Assembly: GCA_045634005.1 (NCBI GenBank)
Contig: JAZQZL010000003.1
Coordinates: 13,038 to 77,037, forward strand
From: Candidatus Flemingiibacterium sp.
Lineage (GTDB): Bacteria; Bacillota; Clostridia; Oscillospirales; CAG-272
Reading direction: 5' to 3'
Length of the DNA stretch: 64,000 bases
Below, in pieces: positions 39,295 through 47,300 of this stretch. Each line of letters opens with the position of its first letter. The first letter of the stretch is position 1. A model generated the notes under the pieces. It made no database searches. It was not told where the DNA came from and was given only the letters and a program-made list of their open reading frames with translations. Made by a program: the position numbers and the translations under genes.

Positions 39295-40566
39295 ATGACT
39301 TACGATATTACCGCGTTTGGAGCCGTAGGCAACGGCATAACCCTTAACACTTCGGCAATTCAGTCTGCGATCGACGCTTGCAGCGACGCAGGCGGAGGAC
39401 GCGTAAACGTTCCTGCAGGCATATTCAAAACAGGCACACTGTGGCTCCGCTCAAATATAGAGCTGCATCTTGAACACGGTGCTACTCTTTTGGCATCCGA
39501 CAATCTTGACGACTATAACGGCGATGATGCATATGCACAGAATTTCGGCTATCCGGAGCTCGAGCAGTGGCACGCGAAGCACCTCATAATCGCGCTTGAA
39601 ACGACCAACACCTCCATCACCGGCTTCGGCACCGTTGACGGAAACTGCTACGCTTTCGTTGACGACGATTTTGAAAATATGCCCACCTACGGCTGGAGAT
39701 ACGGCAAGACCAAAATCAAGGATATGAGCGTGCTTCGTCCCGGTCCGCTCGTAGTATTCGTTGAATGCACGCACGTGGATATTCGTGACTTCACGATAAG
39801 AAACGCTCCCTGCTGGTCACTTCTCATTCACGGTTGCGAGTACGTATCTGTACGCGGATACAAAGCACTCAACCCACGAAATATGCTCAACTCCGACGGA
39901 CTTGACATCGACACCTGCCGCTACGTCACCGTTTCCGACTGTATCATCGACACCGGCGACGATGCGATTGCCATAAGATGCTGCGAGCATCACCTCAAAA
40001 ACAAAAATATTCACTGCGAATACATCACAGTAACCAACTGCGTTTTCCGCACGGGAATATGCGCCTTCAGGCTTGGCGTTGGATTTGGCACGATCAGGCA
40101 CGTTCAAATTTCCAATATATCCGTCGAGCGCAGCTGTATGCTCGTTCAGTTCTGTACCGCGTACCTCGAGAACGGATGCGCACACATCAGCGACATAAAT
40201 ATAAGCAACATATGCGCGACTGAAACAGACCGCTTCATCCAGCTTTTCACGAAAAACGGCGCGACCGTCAAAAATGTCACGCTTGAAAATATTAGCGCCG
40301 AATGCTGTGCGATGAGCTACATCGAATGCGAGGACGGCGCCGTCGAAAATATCACGCTCAAGGATATTGACATCACACTCACCGACAGAAAAACCGAGCT
40401 CACCGAGGCCGAATTCAAAAAGCGCGGCGCTCATCTGTTTAAGCTTCGCGGAGCCGCAGAGGTACGCCTCGACAACGTTAAAATCCGTGGCTCGCTTTAC
40501 GGCTGTGACGAGCCCATTTCCATAACCGATTGCGACGGCCTTGTAAAAAAAGATTGCAATTTCTAA
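39295..40566 (+). CDS. Glycoside hydrolase family 28 (polygalacturonase-like, right-handed beta-helix)
   Basis: DITAFGAVGNGITLNTSAIQSAIDAC...NSDGLDIDTC...GDDAIAI. No signal peptide is evident. Confidence 0.85.
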   Translation: MTYDITAFGAVGNGITLNTSAIQSAIDACSDAGGGRVNVPAGIFKTGTLWLRSNIELHLEHGATLLASDNLDDYNGDDAYAQNFGYPELEQWHAKHLIIALETTNTSITGFGTVDGNCYAFVDDDFENMPTYGWRYGKTKIKDMSVLRPGPLVVFVECTHVDIRDFTIRNAPCWSLLIHGCEYVSVRGYKALNPRNMLNSDGLDIDTCRYVTVSDCIIDTGDDAIAIRCCEHHLKNKNIHCEYITVTNCVFRTGICAFRLGVGFGTIRHVQISNISVERSCMLVQFCTAYLENGCAHISDINISNICATETDRFIQLFTKNGATVKNVTLENISAECCAMSYIECEDGAVENITLKDIDITLTDRKTELTEAEFKKRGAHLFKLRGAAEVRLDNVKIRGSLYGCDEPISITDCDGLVKKDCNF

Positions 40567-40570
40567 ATAA

Positions 40571-40597
40571 AAACGCTCACATAAGCTGTGAGCGTTT
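40571..40597. terminator. Bidirectional terminator
   Basis: AAACGCTCAC ataagct GTGAGCGTTT, followed by a T-run. Confidence 0.8.
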
Positions 40598-40604
40598 TAT
40601 TTTT

Positions 40605-41531
40605 TTATTTATCCTCTGCCGCAAGGTATTCCTCTGCCATATGAACGGAAACCGCGCCGTCCGCCACCGCCGTTACGACTTGACGCAGATGCTTTGTGCG
40701 CACATCGCCTGCGGCGTATACGCCCTCGATGCCAGTTTTCGTCGTTTCGTCTGCGACTATATATCCGTTGTCGTCAAGCTCGACGGCGCCCTTTAAAAAG
40801 TCTGTCGCAGGCTTTCTTCCGATGCTCACGAAAACTCCGTCAAGGGAAATATCACGTTTTTCTCCCGTCTGTGTGTCCTTTACCTTAACACCGTCAAGGC
40901 GCTCGCTAACGCTGAATCCAGAAACGGTGCTGTTCCACACAAACTCAATATTTTCCGTATTACGAAGCGGCTCGTGGTAGATCTTCGTCGCGCGAAGGCT
41001 GTCACGGCGGTGTATGAGATACACCTTTTTCACAAGCCTTGAGAGATAGAGCGCATCCGCCGCCGCAGAATTTCCTCCGCCCACAACGGCTACGGTCATA
41101 TCCTTATAAAATCTGCCGTCACAGTGCGCGCAGTAGTGTACGCCCTGACCGATAAGCTCGCGTTCGCCGTCAACCCCAAGCTCACGCGGATTTGCACCCG
41201 TCGCGATAACAACGGTCTTTCCGAAAAACTCACCGCTTGTAGTCTGCACTTTCTTGAGCTTGTCCGAAAAATCAAGCTCCGTCACCTCGCAATACTCGGT
41301 TTTTGCGCCAAAGCGCTCTGCGCCTGACTGCATCTTCATACCGAGCGTGAATCCGTCTATTCCCTCGTCAAAGCCGGGGTAGTTATCAATGTCGCCAGTC
41401 AGCGTCATCTGCCCGCCTGCGGACATTTTTTCTATCACGACCGTATCAAGTCCTGCGCGTGCGGCATACAAAGCGGCTGTGTATCCGGCAGGACCGCCGC
41501 CGATAATTATCATATCGTAAACGTGTTGCAT
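40605..41531 (-). CDS. trxB: Thioredoxin-disulfide reductase
   Basis: DMIIIGGGPAGYTAALYAAR, redox CAHCDG, and VVGGGNSA. Confidence 0.93.
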   Translation of the reverse strand: MQHVYDMIIIGGGPAGYTAALYAARAGLDTVVIEKMSAGGQMTLTGDIDNYPGFDEGIDGFTLGMKMQSGAERFGAKTEYCEVTELDFSDKLKKVQTTSGEFFGKTVVIATGANPRELGVDGERELIGQGVHYCAHCDGRFYKDMTVAVVGGGNSAAADALYLSRLVKKVYLIHRRDSLRATKIYHEPLRNTENIEFVWNSTVSGFSVSERLDGVKVKDTQTGEKRDISLDGVFVSIGRKPATDFLKGAVELDDNGYIVADETTKTGIEGVYAAGDVRTKHLRQVVTAVADGAVSVHMAEEYLAAEDK

Positions 41532-41601
41532 AGTTATTCCTCCAAACTCATCTTGCTACCATATATTATACACTATCCCGAGTGCTTTTTCTACAGTTTT
41601 A

Positions 41602-41630
41602 TTGCAAATATCAGAATTATGTGCTATAAT
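41602..41630 (+). promoter_or_regulatory. Promoter for mtnA
   Basis: TTGCAA, 17-nt spacer, TATAAT. Confidence 0.6.
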
Positions 41631-41675
41631 TATTTAAAAGTAATCTCCACAACCTATATATAAAGGATAAATACA

Positions 41676-42758
41676 ATGAACAACACGTTTAACAAGCTTC
41701 CCGACACGGTCATCTTCGACGAAAATACGCCGGCTCTCGTTATAATCGACCAGACGCTTCTGCCGACAAAGCTCGAGCTTATCAGCCTTTACGATCAGGC
41801 GGAAATTTGGGACGCCATAAAAAAATTAAAGGTACGCGGCGCGCCTGCTATCGGCGTTGCCGCAGGCATCGCGCTATATCTCGCCGCTCACGCTATTTCT
41901 AAAAGCGGAGTAACTGACAGTACAGAGTTTTTAGGGAAATTGAACGCCGCGAAGGATTATCTCGCCTCCTCGCGTCCTACCGCAGTAAATCTCTTTTGGG
42001 CGCTTGAGCGTATGTACGGCGCGGCAGAGGCGCTCATCGCGAGCGGCAGCTCTGTCAGTGCGTGCGTATACGGACTCGCTGACGAGTGCAAGGCAATACG
42101 CGACGAGGATATAGCCTCCTCTAAAGCTATCGGCGAAAACGGCCTTACGCTTCTTACCGACGGTTGCGGCATACTCACACATTGCAACGCGGGTCAGCTC
42201 GCGACCGTCCGCTACGGCACGGCACTCGCCCCCATACACATCGGCCGGGAAAAGGGTATGAATTTTAAAGTCTACTGCGACGAAACAAGACCGCTTTTAC
42301 AAGGCGCAAGACTTTCCTCCTACGAGCTCGTCTGCGACGGAGTTGACACGACGGTAATATGCGACAATATGGCATCGCAGGTGATGAAGGGTGGTAAGGT
42401 ACAGGCAGTAATCGTCGGCGCCGACCGCATCGCCGCAAACGGCGACGCGGCAAACAAAATCGGAACGTCCGGCGTGGCTATTCTCGCAAAATACTACGGT
42501 ATTCCCTTCTATGTAGCGGCACCCTGCTCTACCATCGACGTAACGCTTTCATCGGGCGACCTTATCCCGATCGAACAGCGTGATCCGGATGAGGTGACCG
42601 AGATGTGGTACGCAGAACGTATGGCACCCGAAAATGTCGGCGTATTCAACCCCGCATTTGACGTAACGCCAAACGAGCTTATTACGGCAATCATCACCGA
42701 GCGCGGTATAATAAGACCGGGCTTCACCGAGAACATTGCCAAAATAATGGAGAAATAA
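41676..42758 (+). CDS. mtnA: S-methyl-5-thioribose-1-phosphate (or 5-deoxyribose-1-phosphate) isomerase
   Basis: LKVRGAPAIGVAA...SRPTAVNLFWA...THCNAG...ETRP.LQGARL...VGADRIAANGD.ANKIGT. Confidence 0.92.
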   Translation: MNNTFNKLPDTVIFDENTPALVIIDQTLLPTKLELISLYDQAEIWDAIKKLKVRGAPAIGVAAGIALYLAAHAISKSGVTDSTEFLGKLNAAKDYLASSRPTAVNLFWALERMYGAAEALIASGSSVSACVYGLADECKAIRDEDIASSKAIGENGLTLLTDGCGILTHCNAGQLATVRYGTALAPIHIGREKGMNFKVYCDETRPLLQGARLSSYELVCDGVDTTVICDNMASQVMKGGKVQAVIVGADRIAANGDAANKIGTSGVAILAKYYGIPFYVAAPCSTIDVTLSSGDLIPIEQRDPDEVTEMWYAERMAPENVGVFNPAFDVTPNELITAIITERGIIRPGFTENIAKIMEK

Positions 42759-42760
42759 AA

Positions 42761-43393
42761 ATGACAGACATAGAAAAGAAGCTTATCGCCGATATGATCG
42801 ACGTCGGCAAAAAAATGTATCTGCGCGGCTTTGTTGCGGCAAACGACGGTAATTTAAGCGTACGCTGTCCCGACGGCGTTTGTGCTATCGTTACCCCTTC
42901 GGGCGTATCCAAGGGCAGTATGTGTGAGGATATGTTCGTCAAGGTGCGTATATCCGACGGTGAGGTGCTTGAGGGCACACATAAGCCGTCAATCGAAACG
43001 AAGATGCACCTTCGTCTTTACACCGAGAACCCCGACATTTCTGCGGTAGTGCACGCGCATCCTATCTTTGCAACCACGTTTGCGATAGCCCGTCAGCCGC
43101 TTAACGAACCTATATACCCCGCCTCGATGATGAACCTCGGCGACGTACACGTTGCCGAATATTCCGCCCCCGGCACAGATGGTGTCGCAGACTCCGTCGC
43201 ACCGTATGCGAAAAATTCGCGTGCGCTCTTACTTGCAAATCACGGAGCGCTTACCTGGGCGCGCGATATACTTACCGCGTGGTACCGTATGGAGGAGCTT
43301 GAAAATTTCGCGCACCTTACGTTCAACACAGTCTACGTAATGAAAAAGGCCGCAGAGGTTCCCGTTTTGGAGCCACTGCCAGATAAAAAATAA
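42761..43393 (+). CDS. Class II aldolase/adducin-family protein (MtnB/Ald2/DrdA-like)
   Basis: GNLSVR...PSGV.KG...KPSIETKMHL..Y......AVVHAHP. Confidence 0.85.
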   Translation: MTDIEKKLIADMIDVGKKMYLRGFVAANDGNLSVRCPDGVCAIVTPSGVSKGSMCEDMFVKVRISDGEVLEGTHKPSIETKMHLRLYTENPDISAVVHAHPIFATTFAIARQPLNEPIYPASMMNLGDVHVAEYSAPGTDGVADSVAPYAKNSRALLLANHGALTWARDILTAWYRMEELENFAHLTFNTVYVMKKAAEVPVLEPLPDKK

Positions 43394-43400
43394 GCACAAA

Positions 43401-43428
43401 GAAAATCCGCCGATTTCGGCGGATTTTC
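43401..43428. terminator. Bidirectional terminator
   Basis: GAAAATCCGCCGA tt TCGGCGGATTTTC, then TGTTTTT. Confidence 0.85.
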
Positions 43429-43448
43429 TGTTTTTATTAAGAGTTTGA

Positions 43449-44363
43449 TTAACCCTTGTGCTCCTCTTTCCAGGTAAGCTCAAGAGCTGCCCAGTCACGC
43501 ATCTGGCGAAGTGCAGTCCATCTCTCATTACCGTTGTCGTCCATCTTATAGTCGTGAGAGTTGGTCGCTTCCTGAATCTCTGCATAATACCACTTGGTAG
43601 TATCAGCGTTATCGGGCCACTTGATCATAGTATCAAGCAGGTAATCCTTATGCGGTGCACGCTCAAGCGTACGGTTCACTATCTTCATCGTTTCTGCACG
43701 CGTTACCGCCTGATCGGGATGGAAGGTACCGTCGCCGTATCCGTCAACGATGCCGAGCTTGGAAGCTTCTTCAATAAACTTCTCTGCCCAGTGAGCCTCG
43801 ATGTCGGAAAATTCGGTCGTCTTGCCCGCTGTAGTATCGTAGAACGAAGATGCGATCTTGATAAGCTCTGCTCTGGTGATCGTATCGTTCGGCTTGAACG
43901 TACCGTCGGTATAGCCGTCGAGTACGCCAGCGTTTGCAAGAGTGGAGATCGCTGTGTTGTACCAATCATCCTCTGCAACGTCGGTGAACTTATTGGTCTG
44001 TGCCCAATAGTGATTACGCGCGTTGTCAGTAAGCATACGGAAGAAGATAGTTACAACCTCCGCACGGGTGATATTTGCCTCAGGACGAACGGTTCCGTCG
44101 GGATAACCGATGATGTAACCGAAGTGGTCGTCCTTTTCAAGCATTATCTCTGTGTAGGTGTTGGTAAACTCTATCTCGGTTTCCTTCTCCTTAACCACAC
44201 TAACAACGCCGTCCTCATCACTCGAGGTCACGTTGAGAGTATAGCCGTCGATCTCGGATCTTCTTTCAACGACCTTGTACTGACCGGAGAGAAGCTTTAC
44301 CGATGCGCTCTCGCCTGCCTTGATAACGACAGTTTCCACAAAGGTAAACTCGTCGCCGTTCAC
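43449..44363 (-). CDS. C-terminal Ig-like half-domain + three SLH domains; in frame with the upstream giant ORF
   Basis: Three SLH repeats (e.g. FTDVAEDDWYNTAISTLANAGVLDGYTDGTFKPNDTITRAEL). The only start is a GTG with no RBS or signal peptide. It shares its frame with 44382-49736, from which a single TAA separates it. Confidence 0.8.
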   Translation of the reverse strand: MNGDEFTFVETVVIKAGESASVKLLSGQYKVVERRSEIDGYTLNVTSSDEDGVVSVVKEKETEIEFTNTYTEIMLEKDDHFGYIIGYPDGTVRPEANITRAEVVTIFFRMLTDNARNHYWAQTNKFTDVAEDDWYNTAISTLANAGVLDGYTDGTFKPNDTITRAELIKIASSFYDTTAGKTTEFSDIEAHWAEKFIEEASKLGIVDGYGDGTFHPDQAVTRAETMKIVNRTLERAPHKDYLLDTMIKWPDNADTTKWYYAEIQEATNSHDYKMDDNGNERWTALRQMRDWAALELTWKEEHKG

Positions 44364-44381
44364 CTTGAAAATATCAAAGGT

Positions 44382-47300
44382 TTATTCAGTAGGCGCATCT
44401 GCATCGTCGGGTGCAACGAGAGTCTTGCTTATCGTAAGGGTGCCGCGCGGGATAACGGGAATCACGATGTTATTATCTTTAAACTCACCGTAAATCTCAA
44501 CGTCGGACCAAGGCATAATAAAATTATCGTCAGCTGCAATAAACGCCGCATCCATCTTCACGTTTATAGGATCGTCCCAACCCTGGAACGTGCCCGAGCC
44601 GGTGGGATCCTCGATAATGTCGTGTACTGCGCCGGGAATAACCTCGTAGGTTTCGTAAAGCACGCCGTCAACGTAGTATCTGACCTCGTAAACGCCGTCG
44701 TGCTGACCGTAGAGAACTACATCTCTTGCGGGCATTGTGAAGGTTGCAGCGCCGGTAACATTGACCTCGTTGGAGTGCCAGCCATTAAATGCAAATCCAT
44801 CGTAATCATCCAGCTTGTCTGCAATCGTAACGGTTGCTCCGTACATCACTCCGGTGAGTCCGTCGGGGATAACGATTCCCTCGGGGTCAATACCCGTGTA
44901 AACATAGGTCACGTTGTAGGTAAGACGGTCGTAGTAGAGGTTAAGCACGAGGCTTCCGTCGCCCTTAACGTATCCGAAGTATTCGTCATTATCGGACGGA
45001 GAGGAAACAAATCCCTCATAGGTCTTGATGTAGTCGGGATATGCACTTACGTAATGTCCGGTAACTGCGCTGAGTGTTTCCTCATCGCGAATTACCTCGT
45101 CGTAGTACTTGCCGTTGTGTTCCTTGGTGCCGGTACCCTCGAGCACCTGCTGCCAATATTTAATCTTGTAGTTAACGGTGTCAGCAGTAAAGCTACCGGT
45201 CAGAACAACGTCATTTGCAGGCATAGTAAACTCGCCGTTTGCAACTGTTGCATCATCGGTCGTCCAACCGCTGAAGGTGTAGCCGGCAATGGTATAGCCC
45301 TCGTGTACGTCAACGTCAGCGCCAAACTTGTAAGCTGCCGACTGCGGCACGTCTGCTCCGTCAGGGATAAGCGTGCTTTCTATAACGTAAGTAACGTTAT
45401 ATTCGTTTGCGGTGTAGTAGAACTTAAGCGTGAGTGTACCATCTGCATTAACGGTGCCGCCAAGCACGGTCTTTTCTGCATTCGCAAACGCAATACCGCT
45501 GCCTGCGGGTATATTACCTTCGGTCACGTCAGCGGAATAGGTGTAACCGTGGATAATGTGATTTGTGGCGGTTACCCTCTGATCGGTAACGCCTGTGCGA
45601 ACATCGCTTATGCCGTGAAGCACGTAGGTGTTGCCACTCTCTACCCAATGCTCAACCTTGTACGTAGCCGCATCTGCGGTGTAAGCACCGGTGAAGATCA
45701 CGTTGCTCTGCGGCATAGTAAATTCGCCGCCGTTTACGGTAACGTTTTGTGCACTCCAGCCGCTGAAGGTGTAACCGTCGATCTCATCGGCCGCCATAAC
45801 GGTTACGGTCGTGCCGTGAGCATATGCGGTATTGTCAACGGGAAGGACAGCGCCTGCGGGAGCAGTTGTATAAACGTAGGTTACCGTGTAGGTGTTTCTA
45901 TCATAGTAGAGCTTGAGCACAGTCGAGCCGTCGCCTGCGATAACGCCGGTACGGGTTGCCGCAGATTCGGTCTGATTGTAAGTGTAGCCCGCAACACCAA
46001 TAGGCGTTGCAGTCACCTGTGTGCCGGTCGGACCCGTAAGCGAATCGGTCTTGTACGGAGTAGATTCATATACACCGTCAACAGTCGTTTCAAGATAATG
46101 CTCTACCTTGTAGGGAGTATCGGTGTTTGCTACGAATCTGCCGACGAGCTCAACGTTGTGTGCAGGCATCTCAAAGGAGTCTATCTCCGTCTTGGTTCCG
46201 TCGTTGTTGCGGTACCATCCCTTGAACGTGTAGCCGGGAGCACTTGCATCAGTAGCAACGGTTACAGGCGACTTATATTCGTAGGATTCGGTAGTGGGAA
46301 GTCCGCTTGCACCCGCGGGAACCATACCCTCGTAAGAGTAGGTTACCGTGTAGGAAGCATAATCATAATAAAGCTTAAGAACAAGGGGAGCCTCGTGCGA
46401 GGAGGGCACGGTGCCGCTTGCAGTGCTTTCGCCTGCATTGTAGGTGTAGCCGGCAACGTCTATGGAAGTCGCGGTAACGTCCTGGCCCTCGTCGCCCTTA
46501 AAGGTTTCAGTGTACTGACTGTTTAGCTCATATTCGCCGTTTGCATTCTCAAAATAATGCTCAACGTAATATTCAAGGCCGGTGGTAGGATCAAAGTGAC
46601 CGAGAATAAGCACGTCACTTTGCGGCATTACAAAGCTTCCGGTAATAATATCGCGGCTTCCGTTGAAGTACCAGCCGTGGAAGTCATAGCCGCTTGCCGT
46701 AGGTGCTGCGGTAGGTGCGGGAACAGTCTGACCCCACTTATACGTACCGCCGAGCGAAGCCAGTCCACTTTGTGCGGGATCTGCATCGGCAGGAACGTTA
46801 CCCTCATAAGCATAGGTTACGGTATACTTAATTCTGTCGTAGTAAACCTCAAGGATCACCTCGCTGCTGCCGGTAATGGTTTCTTCAAGATACGACTTGG
46901 TGTAGTTGACCGTATATCCCTGAACGTTGAGAGGAAGCGCCTCAACATCCTGACCTACAGTTGCATTTCTGAACACCTCGGTCTTACTTTCGTCCAAGGT
47001 ATATCTGTTATTGTTTGCATTCTGGAAATAATGCTCAACAGAATATTCAAGATCGGTACGTGCCGAGAAATAACCGTGAAGCGTTACGTCATGAGCAGGC
47101 ATCGCAAAGCTTGCAGTATCTGCCGTTACCGTGCCGCCAAGGCTATACCAGCCGGTGAAGATATATCCTGCCGCACTTGCGTCGGGATTCACGGTTACGG
47201 TTTCACCGTACTTGAAGGTATCAAAGTACTCATCCAGTCTTGCCGCTGTAGGACTTGCCTTCGCGGGAACCGTACCAACATACTCGTAAGTAAGCGTATA

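Noticed and set aside
41532-41675. Possible SAM riboswitch upstream of mtnA
   Set aside because: The promoter at 41602-41630 leaves a leader of only about 45 nt, and the leader is AT-rich without the SAM-I helices.
43458-46526. 1,022-aa plus-strand ORF
   Set aside because: It lies entirely antisense to the adhesin repeat region. Its sequence is low complexity and rich in V/G/C/R, with no RBS and no recognisable motifs. The open frame is a by-product of the sense-strand codon bias and repeats.
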